Shown here: piece after piece, positions 40,413 to 53,775 of the stretch | How positions within the stretch are numbered: position 1 is the first letter of the stretch | Layout of the letters: each line of letters starts with the position of its first letter | The notes under the pieces: generated by a model | What the model was told of the DNA's origin: nothing | Seen by the model: only the letters and a program-made list of their open reading frames with translations | Databases searched by the model: none | Translations under genes and position numbers: made by a program | DNA from: Sphaerodactylus townsendi | Taxonomy: Eukaryota | Length of the DNA stretch: 64,000 nucleotides | Assembly (NCBI RefSeq): GCF_021028975.2 | Contig: NC_059429.1 | Coordinates: forward strand, 22,196,001-22,260,000 | Reading direction: 5' to 3'

Positions 40413-41914
40413 CAGGATCTTTGACTGTACACAGTTCATCTTCCAAAAAGGCCATTTTCTCCTGGGGAGCTGTTCCTGTCAATGGTTTTCTGGCCACCAA
40501 TGCAGACCTTGTGATCTTGGCATCCTCAGTAGGAGTAATCATTTCCCTGGTGTTCCAAAAGGTTCTGTCCAAATTGGATGATCAGGTGAACGAGATGAGG
40601 TTCAGGATAGGTCAAGTATAAAGTAGTTTATTTTTCATTAATAACAATTATTATAACAGAAAAGGCTAAGAAAAAATCCTATTTTTGTTACAATTCCAAA
40701 TACTGAGAAACACCAATGTTCTGTGTATAGAACCATAACTTACTGATACGGTTTTTAAGTTAGATTCTGATAGCCCAAGAAATGTTAATCACTGATGCTT
40801 AATTCCTATTGTATAGATAAAGCAAGTATCATCAAATTATGACCATCTTAATATAATTATCCATTCATTTCCCCCTTTATCTCACAAGATAAAACTCAGA
40901 CAGTTTCAATATAATATAATCTATTTCATTAAAAATTAAACATTTACATCCATCATTTCATAAGTCAGGTACAAAGTAAACAGACAAATCCTTCTAGGAA
41001 TGCTGGGCCTACAGGTGCCAATCGAAACGGCAGAGGAAAAGGGGGTGATTGGCATCACTTGATGTATCAACATCACTTCTGGGTCTCTACCCTATTGGCA
41101 CATTGGACGAGGCTTTAGAAATCCACCAAATCCAGAGAGATTGGGGGAATTCCCAGAGAGCTGTATGACACAGTGACATCACTTCTCAGTCTCCACCTGG
41201 AAGTGAGGTCGACACTGAGCAACACTGTTTTCTTCTGTTTCTGTCCCTAAAACCTCCCACCTGTTGACAGCAAAGGATCAGCAATCCTACGAACTCCACG
41301 TGAACTTGACAGGTGAGGACTCTTGGCCTTGTGATGGACAATGCTGTGAAAACACTGACTTGGTGCATGGGCCCGTCATGAAAGGAACTGAAAATAAAGC
41401 AACTGATGCTAATGCAGTTCTACCTCCCACATCCCTGGGGTTAGGGGTGCCGTGCTCCCATCATCTGAAAATCTGCATAACATTTTTGGCATCCCTTCAT
41501 GCCAGAGAATAAAGTCTGATTTTTTTCTTTTAACTTTAAAAAGGAACTTATGTATATTTGTGGTATTAAAATATATGTTGGTATTCTATAATACTTGACA
41601 TATATTTTATGCAATTCAGGGTTTCTAAACTTTTTATGTGTTGTCTGCTGGTCTTTGTGTGTCGTCTGCAGCTTCTGCAGAACTCCCCCCAGATTCTCAT
41701 TTAATTTTTTTTCTGACCCACGATATATCAAAACCACATCAGGGAAAATTGTGATGTGGAAATCTGAGCATGGCATCATTTGAAATAGTGTCCTCCCTGA
41801 CAATTTTGGCACCTCTCTGCCCAACTGCCATGGTCCCAATTTGAATCAGACCACGGCACACATGTTGTCTTGTTTTCAATATGGTAAAGCTTGGCTGTAA
41901 ACTGATACAAGTGT

Positions 41915-42310
41915 ATTGTCGAAGGCTTTCACGGCCCGATTCAACTGGTTCTGGTGGGTTTTCTGGGCTGTGTGGCCATGGTCTGATCACGTGCAAGTGT
42001 CAAACTCGTGACCCTCCAGATGTTATGAACTACAGTTCCCATCATCCCCTGCCAGCATCTGGAGGGTCACGAGTTTGACACCTATGGATCTTGTTCCCAA
42101 CGTTTCACCTGCATCTGTGGCTGGCATCTTCAGAGATGTATCACAGAGAAAAGTCTGTTTCACACTGTGCCTAGTGTCTAGACACAATGTGAAACAGACT
42201 TTTCTCTGTGATACACCTCTGAAGATGCTAGCCACAGATGCAGGCGAAACGTTAGGAACAAGATCCACCAGACCACGGCCACGCAGCCCGGAAAACCCAC
42301 CAGAACCAGT
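41915..42310. mobile_element. Palindromic Penelope-derived element with a nested hAT MITE (~41994-42087)
   Basis: Long inverted repeat centred near 42175; flanked by a 12-bp direct repeat TGATACAAGTGT (41903-41914 and 42311-42322); hammerhead motif in each arm. Confidence 0.75.
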
Positions 42311-43399
42311 TGATACAAGTGTGTTCAGGTGACTTCCCCCCGCCCCGCCCCCAAGACCAGCACTAGATTGATGGTAAATGTCATGTCTAGTTCGGACCTA
42401 AGTGGAGCCTGCTTTGGTTACAGGGTTGCATTGCTGGCCAAATTATCTCCATCACAGTCATAAGCTGATTTGGTGGTGGTGGTTTTTTTTTTTTTTAAAT
42501 AACAGAATGGGTTTAAAACCAGGTCGAGGAAGAGGTGAAGAAATATTTTTCCTAACAGAACTGTACACAAGCCAGGGACAAGCCATTTTTGCAGCATTTT
42601 TGCATCATTTTGCAGTTTCTGAGATCTTGCCTGAATGTAGGAAGCTGATTTACACTGCAGTCCTAAGAAAAATTCTGGCCTTCTAAGCTCATCGACTTCA
42701 TCGGACTAAGATGGTTGTAACTCCCCTGAGTACAGCACTGTTAGAAAGCCCACAGACAACCCCCACAGAGTGGCTTATGTACCTGGGGAGGGAGAGTTTC
42801 CCAGGCAAAATGACAGATTGCTTCCCTTTCTAATCCCAAGTGCCACCCCAGGAGTCAGAGCACTGGATTCAGGACAACAGGAGGTTTTAAACTGACATCC
42901 TCTTAAGGAAAACAGGAAAAGCTGTGCTGCTCTGCTAATCCTGGATTAAATATTTGGACAGGTCAAGATTTATGAATGGCACAGAACGACCAATGGCAGG
43001 ATAGCCAGGCTGTCCCAACAGGTGGGGTTCTCAGGCCCAAGACACCCAAAGTCCAGTGCCACCTTAAAGACAAACACCATTTATTTCTGTAGCTCTCTGC
43101 TTCGGGTACGTGATGATCAAATGGAATCTTAATCTATCCTAGGATTGACAGGTTCCCTCCGCCACTGGCAGTGGGTGGGTGGGTGGGTGGGGGGATTTCC
43201 AGATCTGGGTTGGAAAACTCCTAGAGATTTGGGGATTGAGTTTGGGGAGGACAGGCACCTCAGTGGGGTACAATTAGGGTTAATAGCCTGAGAAACAGCT
43301 CCAGCCAGTGCAAGTGTGTATTAAGCATGTAAATCTCTCACAAATCACCCCCTGCAAAACATTTACCAAACAAATGTCCGCATCATCTCTCACAAAACA

Positions 43400-44145
43400 C
43401 CTCCAGTGGAATCTACCCCCAAACAGCATCACTTTCAATGGTGTTTAAACTAGGGAGCCAAAATTCTTCTTTTAAATCAGGGGTAGGGAACCTGCGGATT
43501 TCCAGATGTTCAGGAACTACAATTCCCATCAGCCTCTATCAGCATGGCCAATTGGCCATGCTGGTTGAAAGCTGATAGAGGCTGGATTGTAATTCCTATC
43601 TAGGCACCGATTCCTATTTAAATCCACCTTAAAGGGAGGATCTGGGGTCCCCAGTTAAAACAACATTGAAAGTGATGCTGTTTTGGGGTGCAACAGCATC
43701 ACTTTCAATGTTTAAACTGAGGACCTCACATTCTCCCTTAAAGTCCATGCCAAAGGGGGTGGATTTAAAAGGAGAATCTGGGGAAATTTGGGGGGTGCCT
43801 GCTGTCAGGGGTGCAATTGTTAAGCTAGCAGCACCAAACTTTCAGGGGATCTTTAGGAGACTCTCCTGGTGATACCAGCCACGTTTGGTGAAGTTTGGTT
43901 CAGGGGGTCCAAAGTTATGGCCCCTCAAAGGTGTAGCCCCCATCTCCTATTAGCTCCCATTGGAAACAATGGGGGATGGGGCACCCCTTTTGGGAGTCCA
44001 TAACTTTGGACCCCCTGAACCAAACCTTACCAAATCTGGGTGGTATCATCAGGAGGGTCATCTGAAAAAATCCCTGAAATTTTGGTGTTGCTAGTCTAAA
44101 AACTGTGCCCCCTGCAGGCCAAAAACGGAAAAAACACTTTAAAAT
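43400..44145. mobile_element. Interspersed repeat, internal part of a probable non-autonomous DNA transposon, with a partial MITE at 43478-43597
   Basis: 43640-44125 is closely similar to 59797-60390. Confidence 0.7.
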
Positions 44146-44586
44146 TGCCATGAAATTTCCACTTTAATTTTCTCCTCACTGGAGCTACAACAGTGCCATC
44201 TGCTGTTCAGGAATTGACAAAGAAGAGGAACAATATTTCCCTGTTTCACAGCAATATTATGCTTTCTTCACAAGTATATCGTGATGTGAATTTTTAAAGA
44301 AAAAAACACCTTTTGAACATGTTCAGGAAGAAGCTTACTTGACCATTCACATTGCTGAAATCAGTGAAATACTGAGGATGAACTTTGCAGGGGGGGGGGG
44401 GGGCGAATGTTTCCCTACAGCACTGAACCCAGGGGAATAGCCCGTGTGGAAATGACCAAAGTCGTAATTCTTAGGTCTGATTTGAGGATAAAATATCTGG
44501 TTAAACCATAATAATTGGAAGAAGTCTCAAGCTCAGTCTACCCTCCAGCCTTGGTCCCTCACTTCCTGAAAGATGTTCATCTATAT

Positions 44587-44734
44587 CAGGGGTAGGGAAC
44601 CTGCGGCTCTCCAGATGTTCAGGAACTACAATTCCCATCAGCCTCTGTCAGCATGGCCAATTGGCCATGCTGGTAGGGGCTGATGGGAATTGTAGTTCCT
44701 GAACATCTGGAGAGCCGCAGGTTCCCTACCCCTG
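44587..44734. mobile_element. 148-bp palindromic hAT MITE
   Basis: Near-perfect palindrome; 8-bp TSD ATCTATAT; identical by eye to 48123-48270. Confidence 0.93.
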
Positions 44735-45806
44735 ATCTATATATAAGAGTTCCCTCTTATATGGACCGGGGCACAGGATCCCAGGTAGGCCTGCATTCAA
44801 ATAAATGCAGAAGGCTACTCTTGAATAAGGGGAATTGGTTCAAAGATTATGAAACCAAGATCAGAAACACTGAAGATTTGCTGCTGTTGTTGCTGCGTTC
44901 CACCCCCACCCCCTGGGAGCAGTTGAACCCCGTCTCCTTTCCGCTACAGCAGTTACCATTGAGGAAGACTTCCCTTCCCACAGGGGTACAGGCAGGGGGG
45001 CATGCTGCCTTACCTCAACCATTATAATTATCACTCAACCATTATAATTTTCACTTGAAAGGGGGGACACTTGATTCCTCCCCAATTCTAAGCCCAAACA
45101 AATGAGACCCAAGCACCCTTCAAACATTTGCCTGAGGAAAATGAAACCGAATGAAAGAGAAAGATGGCCTTTCTCTCGCTCAAACAGCCAACCACTAATT
45201 CTTATTTTGTGAAGGGCAAAAAAGGCCATAAAAGCACAACTGGATGGTTACAAACTTTTTATTCTTAAAACGACTCTTCAGCAGAAGGAACTACACATGC
45301 TTGAACTTAATTAACATAAGAAAATGGAGGGGGTAAAGTAGAAACAAGGAATGGTTTTACAGTGACTGTCAAGTACCTAAATAACCAACCTAAAGAAAGC
45401 AAGTATCATTTAGGGGAAGTAAGAAGTCCTAATACCCTACAAAAACATCACATTTACAGGAGCAAAGCTTTAGGAAGAAGTAATCACACATGCAACAAAA
45501 CAGGGCGGAAGAATGCCAAGGCTTTTGAAGGGATTGTGTCATTTCAGACTACACGTGGCCATCACAGTTTCAATGCCACCCGTTGCAAAACAACCATAAA
45601 AACAGAAAGAAGAAAACAAGGAGAGCAGCTACAACTTTTCTTCCATAAGAAGGTAGCTCTCATGAAATTGGAAATAGCACATTCCACCCTGTCATTTTGC
45701 AGCATTTGGCAGAATGATGCAATTCCCAACACAGTTTCTCAGTATTTTAAGACAGGTAAACACCATTATCACAAAACCCTATGACCAGCAATCTCCATAT
45801 CAAGTC

Positions 45807-46985
45807 CTATGGCTGAACTACTTTGTGAATTCCTTCATGCCTCCTTAAGGTGCCTGATTCAGCAAAAGACTGGCCACAGTAGGCACAAGAGTAAGGTTTT
45901 TCTCCTGTATGGGTACGCTGATGGCGGCGCAGTGAAGCAAGGCGCGCAAAGGCACTGCCACATTCTTTGCAGAGGAAAGGGCGCTCACCAGTGTGTGTCT
46001 GCTGATGCTTTTTCAGCCTCGCCAGTTGAACAAAAGTCATGCCGCATTGGTGACACTGGTTCGGCTTTTCCTTTTTGTGGCTTAGCTTGTGCCTGGAAAG
46101 CAAACTGGCTTTACTAAAAACTTTGCAGCATACTGGGCATTGGTAGTGCTTGGAACTACCTTCTCTGGGGTTTCGGGTGGCACCGCCCACCTGCCCAGGG
46201 TTGCGGCTTTGAACCTGGCTCTGATACAGAACAGACCAAGGGTTCTTGACATTAGCATCTCCCAGAACAACACCGGAGCGACTGATCTTGTGAAAGCTGT
46301 GGAGATGTCTCCAGACATCAGCGGTGCGGATGAAACCCTTGTCACATTCTGGGCACTTGTGTGGTCTGTCTGTGGAATGGGTCAGTCGGTGCATCCGTAA
46401 GTTAGCGGAGCGGAAAAACTCTTTGCCACAGACTGGGCACCAATACGAACATCCAGCGGCGTATTTCTTTTTGTGCTCCTCTAACCGACAGAGGTCTTGG
46501 AATGATTTCCCACACCTCTCACAGTGGTAAGGCAAAACTTGGCTCAGCCGAGGCGGCAGATTCTCATCATCAAGAGAGTCAACAAGGATGATGAAGTTCT
46601 CCTCCTCTTCCTTCAGACCTCCCTGAAGATGTGAGGAATGCCCAGATGACCAGAGTTCCAGATCCTTACATTCACAAAGGTAATTACAAGTGGTGCTTGG
46701 GACATAGACACCATTTCTGGCCAACCTCCATTTTCGGCAGTAGGTTGACATTTTTGCAGATGTGCTCACAGAATTTTCATCTTCTGAACAGGGCAGAACT
46801 AGAGGAAGATCCGGTTCATCTGAAGATGCAGGAAGGATGCCACTGAGATTGGAAGGGGGCGGGTTGACTTCCTCTATCTCTAGCAGTAGGATGGGCTTAT
46901 CATTTATACAATCAGCAGCTGAATTGGTTATTGTGGTACTGCAGGCATCCTTTTCAGCCACACGAACCCCATACATTTCCATCAT
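45807..46985 (-). CDS. C2H2 zinc-finger protein (392 aa; 3+4 fingers; no KRAB or SCAN domain visible)
   Basis: Six intact fingers plus one degenerate finger (HKKKY); linkers TGERPF, TGEKPY and STDRPH; acceptor ttctttccatag at 47038; in-frame TGA 9 nt before the ATG; AATAAA (-) at 45258-45263. Confidence 0.9.
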   Translation of the reverse strand: MMEMYGVRVAEKDACSTTITNSAADCINDKPILLLEIEEVNPPPSNLSGILPASSDEPDLPLVLPCSEDENSVSTSAKMSTYCRKWRLARNGVYVPSTTCNYLCECKDLELWSSGHSSHLQGGLKEEEENFIILVDSLDDENLPPRLSQVLPYHCERCGKSFQDLCRLEEHKKKYAAGCSYWCPVCGKEFFRSANLRMHRLTHSTDRPHKCPECDKGFIRTADVWRHLHSFHKISRSGVVLGDANVKNPWSVLYQSQVQSRNPGQVGGATRNPREGSSKHYQCPVCCKVFSKASLLSRHKLSHKKEKPNQCHQCGMTFVQLARLKKHQQTHTGERPFLCKECGSAFARLASLRRHQRTHTGEKPYSCAYCGQSFAESGTLRRHEGIHKVVQP

Positions 46986-47770
46986 GCAACCTCAATAGTC
47001 CTTTCCTGTAATCTTCCACACCAGGTCACTGCTCTCCCTATGGAAAGAATGGAGAAGGTTAGTGAACATTGTAGAATTCAGATCAGATCAAATGAAGGCC
47101 CCGTTCTGAGTTCAGAGCAAAATACAAGTAAGTAAGCAGTGACAATTTTAACAGCAAAATCCTAAGCAAAGTTACAACCTTCTACATCCATCAACTACAA
47201 AGAACTTAAACTCTGTTTAGGACTGCACGCAGAGGCACAGCTGCAATGGGGGCCGGGGGCGTGTCTGGAGTGGGGTGGGGTAGGGTGTGTTGGGGGAGGG
47301 GGCAGGAGAGGGTGCACGGACAGTTCATGTCCTGGGCACAGTTTCCCCTCCCTTTGTCACTGACTGCAAGGCAAGTGATTCTTAAAACTAATAATGCAAT
47401 TTGCAATCTACCAGATTAAACTGAGTTATCCTTCAAGGAAGGCAATTGCTAATTAAAGAGGATGGTATGAGAAGATGAAAATGAAAATTGTCTGAAATTC
47501 TCAGTAGAAAGTCTGCTGTAAAAAGCCTTCAGGTCTTTCATGAATTGCAAAAACAGAAAATGCAACTTTGGAAATTAAAAATAAATCAGAAATAAATTCA
47601 CTGAGAAACTATTTGATTTTCTGGGAGACCACTTAGTTGAACAATGTTTTGATGAAATAGTTATTTATGCTTGATTGAACAGTTATTTATGCTTTGATTA
47701 GACATCTAACTAAAGTCCCCTACTATTGTTAGCAGTAGATTTTACAATTTTTTACACATTAAGAAAGTCA

Positions 47771-47990
47771 ACATGGTGTGGTGGTGAAGAGCAGTGAACT
47801 CTAACCTGGAGAACTGGGTTTGATTCCCCTCTCCTCCAGATGAAGCCTGCTGGGTGACCTCGGGCCAGTCACAGTTCTTTCAGAACTCTCTCAGCTTCAC
47901 CTACCTCACGAGGTATCTTTTGTGGGGAGAGGAAGGGAAGGAGTTTGTAAGCTGTTTTGAGAAAAAGTGGGGCATAAATCCAAACTCTTT
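47771..47990 (+). mobile_element. Squam3-like SINE
   Basis: Same family head, body and tail. Confidence 0.8.
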
Positions 47991-48122
47991 TTTTACTTTT
48001 TATTTTGTGATAGCCACTAGCCATGGTGGCTAAAGGCAATCTTTCCCCTGAAGGCCAATGTTAAGTAGTGATGTTAGGGGAAGGTTATGACCTCTATTGT
48101 GCTGTTTGTTGTTCCTCCAGGG

Positions 48123-48270
48123 CAGGGGTAGGGAACCTGCGGCTCTCCAGATGTTCAGGAACTACAATTCCCATCAGCCTCTGTCAGCATGGCCAATTGG
48201 CCATGCTGGTAGGGGCTGATGGGAATTGTAGTTCCTGAACATCTGGAGAGCCGCAGGTTCCCTACCCCTG
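48123..48270. mobile_element. 148-bp palindromic hAT MITE
   Basis: 8-bp TSD CTCCAGGG; identical by eye to 44587-44734. Confidence 0.93.
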
Positions 48271-48744
48271 CTCCAGGGCAACTGATTGGCTTCAGGAAGA
48301 AAAAAGAAGCTGGTCAAAACAAGCTACAGATCTGATCCAACAGGGCTCTTCTTATCAGCACAGTTGTCAACCACCTGTAGGAAAAATTGACCCTGTGCAT
48401 TAAATACAGGTTTATTTCCATCCCATGAACTGCTTTAGCTGCACATTTCTACACACTAAGCTTCTATTAAAGGGGCAACACTACTACAGGCAAAGAAGTT
48501 GAACCCAGCAATATTTACTCAACATTCATCCTAAGCAAAATTTAACAGTGCGGTCCTATGCAGTTACTCTAATCTATCAAAAATATCATGTGAAAAGCAT
48601 GAAAAAGAAAACAAAACTGAATCCCAAGGTGTTGATATTCTGAAAGTGTCTCAGAAATCAGCAGAGCATGCAGCTCAATGCTGTGGTCTAGCTAAGAGGG
48701 CTACCGTATCCCTCCTCTTGACCACTACTCACAACGTTCTTAGA

Positions 48745-49040
48745 GAGATAGCATGGTGTAGTGGTTAAGAGCAGGTGGATTCTAATCTGGAGAACCGGAC
48801 TTGATTCCCCACTCCTCCACCTGAGTGGCAGAGGCTTATCTGGTGAATCAGATATGTTTCCACACTCCTACATTTCTGCTGGGTGACCTTGGGCTAGTCA
48901 CAGTTCTTCGGAACTCTCTCAGCCCCACCTACCTCACAAGGTGTCTGTTGTGGGGAAAGGAAGGGAAAGGAGCTTGTAAGCCACCTTGAGTCTCCTTACA
49001 GGAGAGAAAGGTGGGGTATAAATCCAAATTCTTATCTTCT
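48745..49040 (+). mobile_element. Squam3-like SINE, full length
   Basis: Head agcatggtgtagtggttaagagc; tail ggggtataaatccaaattctt. Confidence 0.85.
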
Positions 49041-50275
49041 TGTCCAACTTATTTAATCACCATGCTATGCTTCACTCTAAGCACGGATTCCCTTTATGGA
49101 ATCTTTCTGTTCACAAGGCCCGTGATGCTGGAATACAGTTCTGTTGGGTTTGTTTGTTTGTTTATTATTTTAATTTATAGACCGCCCCATCCCCGAGGGG
49201 CTCTGGGCAGTGCACAACAATATCAGTATGTATACAATGTGTAACAAGGGTTACAATAGTGACCATATTTACTAAAATCTATTAAAAACCATTAAAAACA
49301 GCGGTCAAAACAATAATAACGGATGGCCCCGTAACCCACCTATTGGCCAAAACCTTCCCCAGAAGGAGGGAGCTGCTGGACTCCTCCCTAAAAAGATAAA
49401 CAAATATATATACAAGAATGGAATTGTAAAAAATAAGGGAGCAAAGGAGCAAAGCAAAGGAGGGGGGCGCACCTCAGCGACTGGACACTCCAAAGGCCTG
49501 GCGGAACAGCTCAGTCTTACAGGCCCTGCGGAATTCACCAAGGTCCTGCAGGGCCTGGACAGCTGGAGGAAGAGTGTTTACCTCTTCATTCTCAGCTTCC
49601 ATAGAAAAAGTCTCTGGAAAAAATTCCCCGAACATGAGATGGAACCACAAAGAGCAGCACTCATCCACAGTGGAAATTTGCACTTGGGCACACAGTTGCT
49701 TCCAAAGTTGTGACCCAACAAGAGTTAAACCATTCCAAGCCCGTTAACTTCAACGGAGATAGAAAGACACAATTCTGCTTGCCATTTATCTAAATCTTGT
49801 ACATATCTACATGATATCTACTATAATTCTGCACTGTAATTTATCTAAATCTTGTGCATATCTACATGACAAACCTATACTGCTTTTTATATCACATCAG
49901 CTGCTGTGGCTTTTTAGAGAATCTTAGGACTTGCTATTTGACATAGTTCTGAGAATTCCTCTTAAAGATACCGAAACCCCGACTCACAGTCTCAGTGACA
50001 AAGACCAGCTATAAATAAATTAAAAATAAATTCTCAATCGGAGATGACTATTAAATCAGAAATTCTGTGATGCAAGCTACAACACTATGTATATTTCCTT
50101 GGGGGTTGATCCATTAAAAGTCACAGGAACTTCACTGCATGCTTTGGATGAAACATGTCCAGAAATCAGCAGAAACAAACTGGGGTGCTGTGTGGTTTCT
50201 GGGGAGTAAGGATGAAGAAAGATGCCTCGACAGTTGCTCTGCATCTGTGGCTGGCATCTTCAGAGGATCTTCATA

Positions 50276-50318
50276 TCCTCTGAAGATGCCAGCCACAGAT
50301 GCAGGCGAAACGTCAGGA
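50276..50318 (+). ncRNA. Minimal type I hammerhead ribozyme motif in a Penelope-derived repeat (50239-50400)
   Basis: Stem I TCCT/AGGA, core CTGAAGA, stem II GCC...GGC, GAAA, palindromic ACGT in place of stem III, cleavage triplet GTC. Confidence 0.7.
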
Positions 50319-50718
50319 GAGAATGCTGCTAGAACACGGCCATACAGCCCAGAAACCACACAGCACCCCGGTGATTCCGGCTGTGAAAGTCTTCGACAAT
50401 ACAAGAAACAAACTGCTTTGCATTTAGCTCTGACCAAAAGAGAAAACCACATGAAGGTGAAAGATGTTCTGCAGAATGTCTAAAACAGAAACACTCCACA
50501 GGTTATTTTTATAAAGGGTTGTTATGGTTAATATCTGTGGAGATTTAGCCAGTGGGCTGCTGTATGATTCCACTGTTCTTGACTACAGTGCCATGTAATT
50601 CACCTTGAACCCCAGTGAGAAAGGCTGGCATATATGAAAGGAGAGAGGGAGGGAGAGAGAGAGGAAAGAGATAATTTGAGATACAGAAAAGACAACTGAA
50701 CCATCACACACCTTACAG

Positions 50719-50863
50719 CTGCGGTGGCGAACCTTTGGCACTCCAGATGTTATGGACTATAATTCCCATCAGCCCTTCCAGCATGGCCAATTGGCCATGT
50801 TGGAAGGGGCTGATGGGAATTGTAGTCCATAACATCTGGAGTGCCAAAGGTTCGCCACCACGG
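50719..50863. mobile_element. Palindromic hAT MITE
   Basis: Inverted arms; perfect 8-bp TSD CCTTACAG. Confidence 0.9.
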
Positions 50864-52357
50864 CCTTACAGCATCCCAGGAAAAAGATTTGCTTCCTATT
50901 GGACTAGCTACTCAATGACCTATTTCTTCTTCTGAATGGACTTTTATTAGTCAGATTCTTAACCCCCCCCCCCCCCAATTTTTAAAAGTCTGTCATAGAT
51001 TCTGGCAATTCTTTTTTTTTTTCCTGCCTAATTTTGGGAGACAGAAGGATCTATTGTTCACTGTTCAAGCATCTCCCATTAACCTAACAATTAAGGGAAA
51101 TAGAAGCAGCTACATTTCTTTGTCACAGCACTTATGGGGAAAGCTCTATAATTGTCCACCTTGCTCATTCTTACTTTACATAATGACATTACTTGCAGCC
51201 TCTTTATAAACGCATTGCAATTTGGAAAAGAGGGCTCAATCACTTAGTTAAGGCCATTTGAGTATTTACCCTCCACTCCTTCCTTTGCATTTCTCCCAAG
51301 CATTGCCAGAAATAACAGCCAATTTGGATTAATATGAAACCTACCCAAGTAAGGCACAGTATAGCAAGCCTGAATTTCCATCTTCCTCTGAATGCCCATT
51401 TCACACTTGTATCTACAAGAACTCCAAGCACAGTAGGTTTGTCCTCTAATGGCTAAGGGTGCAGCCCAAAGCAACCCCTGAATGACCCAAAGGTTCTTCC
51501 CAGAGATCTGCATGTGTGTTAAGTGACGTTAAGATACAAAAATAAAGGAGTTCACAGCTGAGCTCTACAACCAGCATGATCATGGTGTTTGTCGAGGATC
51601 TGGGAGCTCCAGAAATGAATCCTGCACCCTGCTATGAAAGCTTACTGGGTGAGTGCGGGCCAGTCACACACACTTAGCCTAATCTGTTTTACAGGGAGGC
51701 TGTTGCAAGGATAGATATCATTAGAGAATGGGGGAATGCTGCCGTAAGCCACTTTGGGTGCCCATAATTCTTGAAATAAAACAAATCCACTGTTAAACCC
51801 AGATGAATACTAGATGCTGGCTCATGCCAAATGATATCTTTAGTCTAGGAAGATCGATATTGTGCAGTCCAACTAGAAGCTATTTTCCAGAGTCTCCAGT
51901 AGCAGTCTTCAGCATAACTTACTACCTGATCCTTTAAGCTAGACACACCAGTGATTGAACTGGGAACTTGTGCATACAAAATAAATTTTTTTAATCACTG
52001 AGTCACAGTCCCCTACTCCATGTATGTCTCCTTGGGCACACAGAACACCATTTTTTTTTTTGCAGAATCACCCTTTCAATAGTCTAGTATACAGTTCTAC
52101 ATTCTTTTCAGCGAGAAGAGCTGCCCATAGAGTAATCCCTCCTGAAGCATCAACACAAATCAGCATTGTTCTGCTGATGAAATTAATCCAATCATTTGAA
52201 TGGGCTATGTATGTATCCTCCTTGTAAATGAACACAGTCCTAGGGTTAATACAGAGATATGTATTGTCAAAGATTTTCAACTTGCTGTTGTAGGTTTCTG
52301 GGCTGTGTGGCTGTGGTCTGGTAGTTTCTGTTCCTAACGTTTCACCTGCATCTAGGT

Positions 52358-52869
52358 CAGTGGTGGCGAACCTATGGCACGGGTGCCAGAGGTGGCACTC
52401 AGAGCCCTCTCTGTGGGCACGCACAGAGTCCCCCCCCGCCCGCCCCACATCTATGCTGGCCTGGGCCGCTGGGCTCAATTATTAGCATTAAACCTGAGAC
52501 CTAGTTTTGGGGAAGCAGTGTAGGTAACCCTGATAAGCGCTGTTAAACCCCACTGATTTTCATGCAAAGAACTAAAGCGCAATCCTTTATCTGGAAGTAA
52601 GCTTGGTTGCTGGCAATGGGGCTTGCTTCTGAGTAAACCCTCCTCGGGTTGTGATTCACCCGTTGGAAGAGTTGCACGGTTGCTTCAAAGCAAAGCCACT
52701 GACTACCACCAAGCTTACTCCTGAGTAACGCACGCCTCAGAGCCAACTGCTTTTTCTAAACTTAAACCTCAGTATTCAGGTTAAGTTGCCATGTTGGCAC
52801 TTTGCAATAAATAAGTGGGTTTTGGGTTGCAATTTGGGCACTCGGTCTCAAAAAGGTTTGCCATCACTG
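52358..52869. mobile_element. Non-autonomous hAT transposon nested in a Penelope-derived palindrome (~52262-52980)
   Basis: TIRs cagtggtggcgaacct / aggtttgccatcactg; perfect TSD ATCTAGGT; ends match 17825-18312 in inverted orientation. Confidence 0.88.
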
Positions 52870-53775
52870 ATCTAGGTGAAACTTCTAGCTGACAACTTCA
52901 CAGCCACCCATAGATGCAAGTGAAACATTGGGAGCAAAAACTACCAGACCATAGAGGCTGGAAATCCTACAATAGCCAGCAGATCTGGAGCAATATGTGG
53001 CTCTGATGTGCCACCTAAAAGCCTTCTGATCTTTCCCCAAGCTCTCCAAAAGTGGGCTATTTATTCAGAAATACAAAAAAATGCATTACTTCTATGGTCC
53101 TCAAGATAAAATTTATTTTTAAATGGAAACCAGGTTGTTCAGGATTATAATAATCAAGGCTGTGCAGGTGTAGAGAGTTCTGTATATGAGGCTGTGTCAG
53201 CATATGTTATTGAATGGGATGGTGAAAATGAGGTGTACCACTGTTGAATGCTAGTCCTTACAACAAAACTCCCAGTAGAGGGGAAAGGCAACCCTATGGG
53301 GAAAAATACATGTTCAGAGGGACTCTCCTAATTATAAGGGTTATATTTTAATTGTATATTTTTGTGTGAGGTGATGTGGAGGTACATGCAAGAGTCACCT
53401 GGCTCTTTTGGCTGATGTGAATGTGGCTATCCACAAAGTGAATAGCACTAGCCTCACATAACTACTGCTTGACTGCCCCACTTTAGATGGGTCATATGTC
53501 TTTCCACCTACATTCTGAAATGGTTTTGCCCTGGAGAAAACTTTTGTCTCTCTTTAAAAGAGGCTGAATGTGTGGAAATGGGCAGTTTAAGCCCTGCAAG
53601 GCATGGAGGTAAATAACTCCCAATAAGCCTCTATGAAATGCAAATATTTTAAACAAACAAAATTAAAATATCAAAGGCCCTGGACATTCTTTCTCCAGAC
53701 AGTAAGGCAGGTGGGGTTGGGCCAGGTCAGCAGAATCTCATCAGCTCTCAACAGCCAAACATGGTTGGTTCTATG

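Noticed and set aside
41261-41387. Possible minus-strand exon (tttattttcag ... CAG|GTGGGA)
   Set aside because: No recognisable protein and no partner exons; does not resemble CERS4.
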